Part shown: positions 47,069 through 58,261 of the stretch, piece after piece
Position numbering within the stretch: position 1 is the stretch's first letter
Layout of the letters: each line of letters begins with the position of its first letter
Assembly (NCBI RefSeq): GCF_009914755.1
Contig: NC_060933.1
Reading direction: 5' to 3' (one strand)
DNA from: the human T2T-CHM13v2.0 reference genome, Homo sapiens
Length of the DNA stretch: 64,000 nucleotides
The notes under the pieces: model-generated
The model's input: the letters and a program-made list of their open reading frames with translations, nothing else
Told to the model about the DNA's origin: nothing
Databases searched by the model: none
Made by a program: the position numbers and the translations under genes

Positions 47069-47077
47069 GACCACCCA
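47069..47077 (+). promoter_or_regulatory. Perfect GLI binding site GACCACCCA, proximal promoter of exon 1b
   Basis: Exact consensus match about 1.07 kb upstream of the ATG. PTCH1 is an established direct GLI target. Confidence 0.92.
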
Positions 47078-47979
47078 GGTAGGCAACCCAGTGTGTGCAT
47101 CCTCGGCTTCGGGGCAGCCTCTGAGAGCGCCAACCTTCTCGCATGCAATACTTCCATTAAGGAATGCTCCCCCTCCTTTCTCTCTTATTCCTTTTCTTTT
47201 CAACAGTGTCTTCTTTTTGTGGGATGCCTTTGCGCGCACACACGCGCGCGCACGCACACACACGAACATTTGCCTCGCGGTAGACACGGGGGGAAATGTA
47301 ATATTTTTTTAAGCGCTTAAACAATTTCTGAAATTCCTCAAAGAAAAGCCTTTCAGAGGCACCTTGGCCTCAAGCTGCAGCAAATACTGGGAGGTCCGGC
47401 TCGCATTCCCAGGCCTGCACCAATAATGACAGCGTGCTGGATAGTGCGCCAGTGTGTGCCAGATTTTTTTTTCCTCTTCTCTTTTCTTTTATAACTAAAG
47501 GGAAGACTTAGGCTCTTGCAGGGAACAACGCCTCGCATTAAGATAAACAGAATGGAAAGTTAAAGAGGAAAGCAAGGACGTTGGGAAAAGCCATCTTTCT
47601 TAAAATCCGTCTGCCCCCCAGCCGCTTTCTCCCCCCAACTTAAAAAAAAAAAAAACACAGTCTTGGTTTGAAGGAGTCAGTGTTCTATAAACGTGGAATC
47701 CAGACACCGAAGCAGTCTTGTAGAGGCAGAGGCGTTTTTATTTGAATCTCGAATGTGACATAAGTAAAAGAGAAACAACAGAATCTTTTTTTACAACTTA
47801 GAGAAACGGAATTGTTTCCTTGAGAGAGTAAAGTTTTCCTGATTATTTTGGGTTCATTTGTACACCCCTTTTTATTAACCAGATGTTTATATAGTCAGTA
47901 TTTTTTTTTACAAAACTCGGTATGCATGTTATATTTAATAATAGTATGACGTAGGAGATTATAAATGCCCCGATGCTGG

Positions 47980-49300
47980 ATTCATTGAAAACAAACTGTG
48001 CGCGGATCGCGAGGATTCGTCCCGACACCGCGTCCAGTGTCACCAAGGCATCCCGGGGATTCGCTTCCCGCGGAGGGGGAAAACACGCGACCCTTTGAGG
48101 TGGATTCTGGAGCCAGACACGTCTACACAACTAGGCTTTTTATTTAAAAAAATTTTTGTTTTCGGAAAGTGGAATGTGTTTTTCTTACGTTTCCAAGTTA
48201 TTACGTTCCTCCCTGCGGTAGGAACCCGACCCGCAAACCCTTGATTTGCTTCACTTTATTTTTTTTTTTAAACGGGGTTGAACTGCAGAGGGACTGGCAG
48301 TAGCGAGAAGTCTAGTGAAGTCGTGAAATGGGGCGGTGTGGCTTTAAGATGCGCACGGTGTATGTTCATTGAAAAAAAAAGAAGAAAGAAAGGAAAGGAA
48401 AGAAAGAAACCCAGATGGAGGGAAAGGGGGAGGAGCAGGGAGAAGGCGGAGCTCCGGTGGCCACGTGACCCCGCGCCAGGAGGCCCGGTGCGCGCGCGCG
48501 CCCGGCTCCCGGACTCCCCGCGCCCGCGCGGCCGGGGCAGAGTAGGTAGGGAGGCGGATGCGCCGGGCCGGCTCCGGGCCTCCAGCGCGGTCTCCCGAGA
48601 GCCCAGGCGAGGCGCGCGCCCAGCCGGCGCGGACGGACGTGCCGGACGCGCCGTAGTACATTCCTGAAGGCGGACCGGCCCCCTTACGCTGCCCAATGCC
48701 CGCGCCGCCTCCCCGCGACCGGCCAATGGTCGCGCTCACGAGTCCCTGCCCATTCAGCGGCCCCGCGCTGGCTGCCCGGGCGCGCTGGGGGCTGCGGCGG
48801 GGCGCGCCGGCCACCGGGGCGGTCCACGCGGCTCCCGCAGGGGGCCCGTCCGCCGGCTCTCCCCGCCCCCTTCCTTCCTCCCCGGCGGTTTCCCCTCCCC
48901 GCTTCCTTCCTTCGGCCTGCGCCTTCTCCTTCCTCCCTCGCCCCGCTCCCTCCCTCAATCTCCCCTCCCCCACCAGCCTGGCCACCTTCCCTCCAGCCTC
49001 TCCTCCTCCCCGGCTTCAGGGGGAGGCCCTTCCCCCGACCCCCTAACCCGCAAACCGTATGCGGTGCCGGGGTCAGGGCGGGATGTCCCGAGGAAGAGAG
49101 GGAGACGGGGTGGAGGTGTTTGGGGGCGTTCGCGGGATCCGGAGGGGGACCTGAGCACCGGGCCAGCGCGGAAATTCAAAACTCAGACCGCTTAAGGAGC
49201 ACGTGATTTTGTGAGTGCCTCAGGGAAGGGCTGCGGAAACTCGGAAAGCAGGCGGGCAGCATGCGAGGAAAATGACACTGAGTTGATAAAGAGCTCAGAC
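47980..49300. promoter_or_regulatory. CpG island with tandem CCAAT boxes (48693, 48723) and a CACGTG E-box (48462)
   Basis: CpG-dense. Motifs read directly. Confidence 0.8.
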
Positions 49301-50152
49301 GGCTCCACACATTGCCAGTTTCATCTTTGAGTACGATCCTGATGTTTATTAGGTTTGATAAATAGCACAAAACAGGAAAAGAGGTTTACTATTCTAGCTT
49401 TTCTTACTGAATGGTTATGCCGACACTTCAAGTCGAACCATTGTGTGTTTGCTTCTGGAAATTGCTTTTTAAAAACTGGGGGAGGGGGGTAGTACCCCTA
49501 GTTTTGCATGTTAGCCTTTTTATATTTCAAGCTTGCTGGAGGGCAAGGAACCATATAGCCAAAGACACGTTGCTATGTTTGTCTTTTCAAACTTCTCCAC
49601 CACGTTTTGGCCCAAAACTATTAGTGTTTCGTCTCAATCTTTTACTAGAGGGATTTCAGTATAGCTTGTTTGGAAGAAGGAATTCTGGAAGGAAATGGTA
49701 AGCTGTGTGCCCGTAATGGATCCGCCTCACTCTCCGCACGCGGCTGCATGTCCTCTGGTTCCGGCGGCTGCCACATGCACGTCATTTCAGTGGCAAAGCC
49801 TCTTCCACTCAGGCCCATATCCCTTAGTTTGACTTAATTCCTAAACGTTTTGAACATTGATCCCCGGAGCTTTCAGTGCCCTGAGCCCCCTCGCCCGCTG
49901 TTTGATGGGTTAACTTTTCAGCATCTCAGACAATGGTCCCGGCCTGTAAATTCTACCCGTGGGTTCCAGGACGCACTCCGGAGCCTCGGCTCTAACGAGC
50001 GCTATCTTAATCTCCCCACCCCCCACCCGCCGCTTCCCCTGTGGTCTGCTTTTTTCATACTTAGAGATGAATTACTTTGAGGATCTAATTGGCCTTGTTT
50101 CTGTAACGTTTTAAGAAAGGGAAGAGGAGCCAGTGTAAAAGCCTGCTCGACT

Positions 50153-50161
50153 TGGGTGGTC
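50153..50161 (-). promoter_or_regulatory. Perfect GLI binding site (TGGGTGGTC on +) between exons 1a and 1b
   Basis: Exact consensus match in repeat-free sequence. Confidence 0.88.
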
Positions 50162-52262
50162 AGGGCTGAGGCTGCCCCCAATTTGCCTCATTGCTGATGC
50201 ATGCGAGTGCGACATTCCCAGCGATAATGTTGTTCCTAATCAATCTGCCCTTATTTACATTTGTAAGCATTGTCGGCTTTAATATGCATGCCCTGTGCAG
50301 GGGACTGCTGTGCCACACCGGGTTTGTTAACTTCAACTAACCACAAGGATTCCACAGATCTGAGATGCAGACTGGGGCAGCCAGACCTGCTAAGGTGTCC
50401 TCCGGGAAGACAGTCCCTTTAAATGGCCCTTCTGCCTCTGGCACCCCTTGTGACAGTTACCAAATAAAAATAAGTGAGAACTTGGGGCCTTATCAGCCAG
50501 CAGGAGTTGCCAGCCTTTATGAAGCAACAGCTGAGTGTTCCATTTCCCCTTTCCAAGTAAAGTTCATCTCAATGCATAAATTGTCATTTTGGTCTCCCAG
50601 TCATGATCCAAGACTTCTCATTGGAGTGTGTAGTTTTCAAAGCAGATGCCTTAAGCTCTCCGGATTCCCTCACATCTCCTCCCTTCTCTGTTCCAATACT
50701 ACAAATATCCATGGCCACACCACACACATTTCAAAAATGACATCAGATTATCCAAATGATGACAATGAAATAAAACATCTGCCCTTTGTGTTGGGATGTT
50801 CCAATGGTAAGCAATTGTGGAAGCCAGACTTGGTGGAGTTATGAAAAACCACAGTGAGATTTAACTTTTCACTGGTTTCTCAGATCAAACCAAATGAGTC
50901 TTTAAAATCCAATGTAATTTGGCAAGTTTTGCAGAGTATAAATGAATAAAGGGGTTAATGTATTCCAGTAATTTGACCCTGGGGCCATTTATAATTTTGT
51001 CTACTGAGTTTAATACTCTTCCAGAAATACAAGGAATTGCAAACATGATTTTAAGTCCTACAGTATTTTTGTTGAGAGGGTCGGATGGAGAGAGGAATTG
51101 GGGATTTGATGCAATATTCTTTTACTGCATGGGGAGCCCAGGATACAGGATGTGAGTGATGGTCAAGGCAGGGCTTCAGCAGTTCCAAGCAGGTACCTTG
51201 AATATGAGTTGAGTCGACTCAACTCAAGCCAATGTGCCACCATCCACCACATTTTCTTGGCTCCCTAAGAATGCCTTACTATTTTCTCATTGGCAGCTTT
51301 TGTATATTCTTAAAAGGTGATGGTAGAAAATGAGTCTAAAAGGTTTCAGGGAAGTCGGGGACGGGGTGGGGGGAGATTCAGCAGCTACAAAATTTAAAAC
51401 TACTGGGCTTGACTCCCCTCCCCTACTCCCTTCCACCTTCTGTTTCCTCCCCTTATTTACCCCCTCCCCAGGCTGGAGGAAAGGGAACAGCTCTAGCCAA
51501 CTTGTCAAAATAATGCTGCTAATTACCCCTGATCTCCTTTAATGGGAAGCTGCTCCTAACTCCACAAAGGAGTAAATGAGGGGTCTACAGCACAAACCCG
51601 GGAGCACTGGCATTTTTTGAGCTTACAGTGAGCTGGGGGTGGGGAAAGCGGCAGAGGGGAGTGTCCTGAGAAGGTCCCAGAAATCTCCACATTGATTACT
51701 CCAGGTCTAAATACTAGCTTGAAAGGGGAATTAGACTTTATGTATTGCCAAAAGCTATTGGTATTCTCTTGCTAAGCATGTCACCAACTGCTGAATGTTC
51801 AGAGCCTACTATGAACTTGAAAGAAAACAGAGCATTGACCCCTGCATTGATCCCTCTCTCTCCAAATATATTCTTACCCACATTGCTTTCCTCTCATGGA
51901 TAGAGATGTATTCCTACAACACCCAGACTTTGAACATGTTTTGCATCCTTCCCTCTCCTCGCCTCTCCCTGTCTAATATATCTCTATCAAGCTTTGCGTT
52001 TGCTAGGAGGCACACCATTCATTTCAGTGATCTCTGCTATTGGGTCCTGCATGAAAAAGAAGCTGAGCAACATGATCCCTTTGACCCACTGCTGGAGCAA
52101 CAAATTTATCAGAAATATAGGCATGAGAAATGAAAGGGAAGTAAAACAATTCCAGCTTATTGTGTGTCTTTCTTTCATACTGCTAATCCGGTTTACACAT
52201 CACGCCTACACGTCTCAATAGGGCATTATACACTGTGGCAGAGGCTGGAGAAAATAAAAGGT

Positions 52263-52300
<38 letters not shown>

Positions 52301-54107
52301 AATGAGGATAAAAACGGGAGACATATTTTAATCCACATTGATTAACCTCATCAGTTTATCTATCTGTAGAAAGTTGAAGATAATTTTGTAAAACAGCCTT
52401 TTTCTTTTCAGAAAATAATTCCAAATGGTTCTAAGTTTTGTTCAAATAGCTTCAAAGATTATGACTACTTTATAACCAGAAATTAGATACACCACTCACA
52501 GTGAGTTTGAAATGAAGCTAATACCCCAAATTGAGAATGGCGGGGCCTATTGATGTCTACCTTGATTCAACATTTTAATTGAAACAGATCATGGACTCAA
52601 AGGCATTTTATAGCCTTGTGGAAGGAAGCTGGGTGACAACTGGAACACACATAAACTCACAATCGAAAGCCCCTTGTTTTACAACTTGGGCACTCCATGC
52701 ACCTGAGGCAACAATTTATCCGGAGTACCACCCAGAAATTTTAAGTTGCAATAACAAAGGATGACACCATAAAGCATTGTCTTTCTTTGTGGAGGCGATT
52801 AATTGCATGCTGAACTACTGTCGCCAATAAACACAGAAATAAATAAAAACCTAAAAGAAATGCACACACACAGAATGCTGAAAAAGGACTATTGTGGTAG
52901 TTCAAGACCTCAGTGATCCAATTATCAAATATTTAGAGCCACCCATTGTGGCTCTTTATTATTTATGTCTAGTTCTTTTGTATTTCTCCTCCCCAGGGAG
53001 GAAGAAAGGATAAAAAGGGAGGAAGACGGTCTTCTCTCCCAGGTGCAGGAAAACAGGTCTGTGGGTGTCTTCCACAGCCGCCCACCCATATGGTTCTTCT
53101 TAGGTGATGGAAACAGATCAGTTTCCCTGAGAGTGTGCTCATCCACACGCTAGCATCATTTTAAACATGAACGTACTAAATACGTGGAGACACAGCGCAT
53201 GTCACCCAGAGGCACAGTTTCTGGGGGTCTTGGGGTTCAGCGCTGGGCCCGGGCCTGTAAAGTGAGAATCGGTCCGGCCCGCCCCCGGGCTCCCCTGAGG
53301 CCGCACTCTGCACTCTAAGCACTGGGCTGGTCGCCCATCTCTGTAAGGGTGGCAGCCACCCAAGCGCCTGAATCGGTGGGCATAAGAGTCACACACACCA
53401 CCTCTCTTACCCACCGCCCCTTCCAGAACTCCAAAAGCCTCTCTGGCCCTTTTCCCGCAGCATGGGAGGGGAGGTGGGTAAGGTGCGTCTCTTCTAGCCC
53501 GGGTGTCCCGCACCCCTAGGCGTGCGTGCGGGCTCGAGAGCGGGTCTGCGGGGCGCGAGCGTGCCCTTCCCTGCGGCTGCGGCTGCTCCCGCGAGCTGGC
53601 GGCAGCGGCTTCCGCGCGCGCGCTCTGAGCCCCCTCCCCTCGGCGCTGTCACTCTCCGCACCAGCCCTTCCATCACCAGCTCTGCCTCCGCTGGCGAGTC
53701 AGTAGCCACCACCAGGCTGATGAGCGGAAGCCAAGGTGGCGACCCTTTCAGGCGTGAAAATGGGAGCTCCGGCGACCCCCTCCGTGAGAATTCCCCCCGG
53801 AGCCGTTCCTCAGCCGGGGCCCGCCGCGGCCAGCCCCCTCCCCGCCACGCGGGGCTGGCCTCGGGGGCGGGGGCCCGGGCGTGCGAGCGAGCGTGGAGGC
53901 GCGGGACCCGCGCTCCCGCGCCCAGGCGGCGCAGCCCACCCGGCTCCACGGCCCCGGCGCGCGGCCCGCCCCTCCTGCCCGGCGCTCGGGGCTCGCTCCT
54001 CCGTCCGCCGCGCGGGGCGTCCCGCGTCCCCGTGTCCCCGCGCCGCCCGAGGAGCACGGCGCGCGAGGCGAGGTGGCGTCGGCGGCCGCCGCGCTGGCTG
54101 CACTCAC

Positions 54108-54110
54108 CAT
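54108..54110 (-). CDS. PTCH1: PTCH1 exon 1a long form: single ATG codon immediately before a GT donor (medium isoform, M-GKATG...)
   Basis: Minus strand reads GGCT ATG|GTGAGTG, a consensus donor in phase 0, in frame with exon 2. Confidence 0.8.
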
Positions 54111-54261
54111 AGCCGGCCGTCAACCCCTGCTCGGAGCGCGGGTGCCGATGGCGCGGACGCTGGGCTTGGATTTCACATCAATTCCTTTTTTTTCCCTGGC
54201 CCCCCTTTCCTCGTCCTCCGCTCCTCCGTCTTCTCCCAGTCTTCCCTCGTCTCCCCCTTGC

Positions 54262-54459
54262 CTTGTCGCTGCGGGTCTCTTTGTCTCCCCTGTCGTCTTT
54301 TTCTTCTCCTCCGTTTTCTTCTTCTTCTTCTCCTCCTCCTCCGTCTTTACAAAAGGAACGGAAAGTGTAAAAACCCCGGCGCGCTGGGCCGCCGGAGGCT
54401 TTCGGCGGAGTGCAGCGCGGACTCACAATTACAAGCCTGTTTCTATTAAGCAGTTCCAT
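54262..54459 (-). CDS. PTCH1: PTCH1 alternative first exon 1a, coding part of the long alternative (L') isoform (MELLNRNRL...KETRSDK, 66 codons), GC donor
   Basis: ORF starts at ATG 54459. After 198 nt (phase 0) the sequence reads AAG|GCAAGG, a GC-type donor that joins in frame to exon 2 (GKATG...). Recognised N-terminus of the alternative PTCH1 isoform. Confidence 0.85.
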
Positions 54460-54470
54460 GGCCCTCGGCG

Positions 54471-54479
54471 TGGGTGGTC
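54471..54479 (-). promoter_or_regulatory. Perfect GLI binding site just upstream of the exon 1a ATG
   Basis: TGGGTGGTC on the + strand. Confidence 0.8.
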
Positions 54480-56694
54480 TGCCGCGCCATAGGCAGGACC
54501 TGTCAGGGTCACGTGACGGATCCGAAAACTTTACCCCTTTACAATAAACTCAAGGAAAGCAAAGTAAACTCGAGGAACGTGCTATCAGCACAGCCCTCCT
54601 GGGTAAACAGGCGCTCCCCTCCCCGCCTTCCTGGGAGGCGCCCTGCCCGGCGAGCTCCCGCGAGCCTAGCCACCCTCTCCCCGCCCCCCGCGGCCGTGTT
54701 TGCGGGGGGCCGCCGGGCTGGGGGTCTCCGCGCGCTCCCGCGGCTTCTCCACCTTGTGCTCGGCTCCCCCGCCCCCGCACACATTATTTGCTAACATTTG
54801 GCCATCTTGTCCCAACGCCGGTCGGGGGAGGTGTGGGGAAGCAAGGAAGCTCCTTTTAGCATCCTCAGCGGTCCGGGAAGTGGGGGGTTCCCAGAGGACT
54901 GCAGAAGAACACCACCTTTCATGCTTGCATTCTCAAAGCCTTTCCTTCTCGCATTCCCACGGAAGCGCGGAAAAGCTGGGAGCCTTCTAGATGACAGGCC
55001 TACGGGCCGCCAGAGGGGCGGGGAGCAGGAAAACCGGACAGATCACAGCGCCTTCCCGGGGAAATTTCAGCACGAGATGTGTGCGGATTCGTGTCGGTCC
55101 CTCGGAAGCCGTTTCTTCTGAAAGAGACCAAGGTGGCGTCCCTTGGAAACCAAGATTTGTACCTGGTCCGAAGAATCACGGATTGACATTTGCTCCCTTT
55201 CTCTTCTGATTCCTGTGGTTTCTGGGGTATGCCACCCAAATGCTCCCACCTACTGTGCCGTCCTGTGCCAGGCGGCCTTGGGTGACTGGCCTAAACCTAG
55301 GAGCTGGTGGGTCGCGCGGATAACCCTGCTCTCGCTCAAGACTGAAGCGTTCTATTCGGGAGCGCCCCCGCTACAATGTCTGACATTTTATCTGCTCAAC
55401 CCCGCCGCTGGTAGACGGTGTTTCACACACTGCGACTTTAAATGGGCCACATTATGAATAAAGATGAATTACAGATACAAGGGCAGGGTAGAGGGAGTGA
55501 GAACATTTACTGCAGCTCTGAAGAGCTGACTAGCTGGTCTTGAAATAAAGCCAGACTCTTCTCACTTCATTCTGGGCTGACAGTGTGATTAGGTGTGTGT
55601 GTGTGTTGGGGGCGGGGGGGGGCGGGGCGGGGGTAGAAGAGGTGCCCCATGTGTTATTAAATAATAATAATCATCCTAGGAGTTTTGGGATCTCCCTCCC
55701 ACAAAGATGACGTAGCCATTCTTGAGCAGAGTCATTTGAGTTTCCAGAATGTATGTGTTTGAGACACGTTAAGTAATTAAGCATTAGAAGGGGGGCAGCC
55801 CTGTGAATTTGGCTGGTCCAGAAGGTCATTTTCATACCAGTGACTTCAGTCAAAAATGGACTCAAATGCATATTGGCTGACCATGGATTCTAAAAGTCAC
55901 AATAGTTGTAACAACAACAACAAAAAACCCAACATTTCCCTTCGAAACACTTCCCCCTGTCTTTTGGTGTCATATCAAAGGGCCCTGTTTATCTATAAAT
56001 GTGAGTGGGGTTATGAACAGGAAGGTATACATAATCTCCAAATAGAGGGGTCTAGAATATGAGGGAGAAAGGGGGATAAGAAAAAAGAGAAACAGCCGAC
56101 AAAGGGCATTTAAATGGCCCACAATATACAGTTGCTAGGAAAATTACAGCAGAACTTGAGGAGTTTGCTTTTTCTAGTTAAAATGAAGACCCTCATGGAA
56201 GCACACTTGGCTACATGCTCCTGCTGAGTTGTGGCCAAGGCTGATACTCAAGAGTGGACACTAGTTTTGTGTGGCCTAGGACTTAGGCAGCTTTCAGAGT
56301 GAACGGGGAGTGGGGAGCTTCTTTAGCAACTCAAAACTGCAAACACAAAATTAAGTACAGGGCCTTGAAGTGGCCTGGGCAGGGAGGAGCCCTAAAGCTA
56401 CCTGGGCTTCTAGGAAATCGCCTTTCTTGAGTGTGCAGACAGGAGGACGACAGAACTACCCAGTCTTTGTGGTCCTGGTGGTCTACGCTGTCCCTTAGTT
56501 AGGACTGAATGTGTTCATATGAGTCTTATCTTAGTCCAAGGCTTTACAATTGGGAGCAAAGACAAGTTTGTTTTGTACAAGAGTGTAAGTACTTAGAGTT
56601 GGGCAGGAGTGGCATAATGAGGCAGGGAGTAGAAAATCTGGTGTTAAAACGTACAAGTATAGGAAGGAGGGAAGCCCCTGGAAATGTTCTCTCT

Positions 56695-57327
56695 TGTAGA
56701 ATGTAAAAAGTTCCTCTTCAAAGTTTCCCCTTCCCTTCTTGTTAAAGAATAAATCATAAGTGTTAAAAATAATAGTTTCTTTTAAAAACTAACTTCCTTC
56801 AAGCCTCCTTGCTTTGTGCTAATAACTCTTTGTTAAGCCCTATCGTATGTAGCTGTTAAACATGCTCACAGGCACATAGTACATTCTATGTCCTTGTACC
56901 TTAACCAAGATATTTATGCTGGACATGCTCACAGGCAAGTTCCAGCTGGCAGCCTATGGCCCTTCCCTGTATGGCACAAGCAACTTCCTGTTTTCCTTTG
57001 TCTTTTCATTACTTTTACCTATTTAGAAAAGTTTTAAACTGTTAGCCAATCTGGTTTTAGTTTAGATTGTGAGGTCTGGCTCCAGCCAATGGAGACAGGA
57101 CACAGTCTCAGGAACAAACTATGTAAGGGATAAAAATTGCTTCCCTCCTTTGTTCAGGTGTGCTGTCACATTGTTTCATCTCTGATGAGCACCCTTTCTG
57201 CAGAAAGTAATAATGGCCTTGCTGAGAGAATTAAATTTATGTTCGAGTGCTGTTTCTTCGAGTGCTGTTTCTTTGCAGCACCAGGGAACAAGCATTCTGT
57301 TTCTAAATAAACATTTTCCATGTAACG
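56695..57327 (+). mobile_element. ERV1 solo LTR, LTR10 family
   Basis: Starts TGTAGAATGTAAAAAG and ends TGTAAC(G). Has two CCAAT boxes, a TATA-like GATAAAAA and AATAAA. Near-TSD tctct/tctcc. Family assigned from recalled consensus. Confidence 0.75.
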
Positions 57328-57936
57328 TCTCCCAAAAGCAACCTGTCTTTCTTTTCCTTCCTTTGAAATCAATCTTCGCAGATTATGTCAGTGCTGTGCC
57401 TCTCTTCTCTCCACTCTCAGATGCTAGAAGCATTAAGTCAATGATATAGGTTCTGGTTGGGGGTCAGGGACTCAACACCCTTATGTGTTACCTTCTAGTG
57501 CTTCTCTGAGACTCCCACCAGGGTGGGCCCTCTCTCATCAAACAGCTGCCTCCACACTTCTAAAGTTGCTTATGTCTCCCCACTTCCCAAAAACCAGCTC
57601 CAGTGCTGCCCAATCTAAGTCAATTGGCATGGAGGTGTTAATGGCACACAAGGCTACCAGACAACACCGCTCAGCTCCAAGTCTTCCCAGTCTGATAAGC
57701 CAATTGGCATCCAGGTGTTAATGGCTGATGAGGCTACTAGACAATACTTTTGCTGGTTAACTTGGACTTTTGGAGCCATACACAGAAGAATAATTCCAAA
57801 GCTGAAGATTTCAGGGCAGGGCCAGATGGAGATTTAGGGGGCATTGGAAGACAGGACAATAGGACTTTTGAAACAGGCCTGAAACCGACTGAAAACAGAC
57901 CACAATGAGTATGCATAGGCGAGGTTGTCTTTCTGA

Positions 57937-58261
<325 letters not shown>

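Larger units (their letters stand above)
53220..55420. promoter_or_regulatory. CpG island / promoter of exon 1a
   Basis: CpG-dense. Contains a GLI site, GTCACGTGAC (54508-54517) and forkhead-like GTAAACA (54603-54609). Confidence 0.9.

Noticed and set aside
53494-54492. Overlapping ~200 aa ORFs on both strands in the exon 1a island
   Set aside because: Same GC-content artefact.
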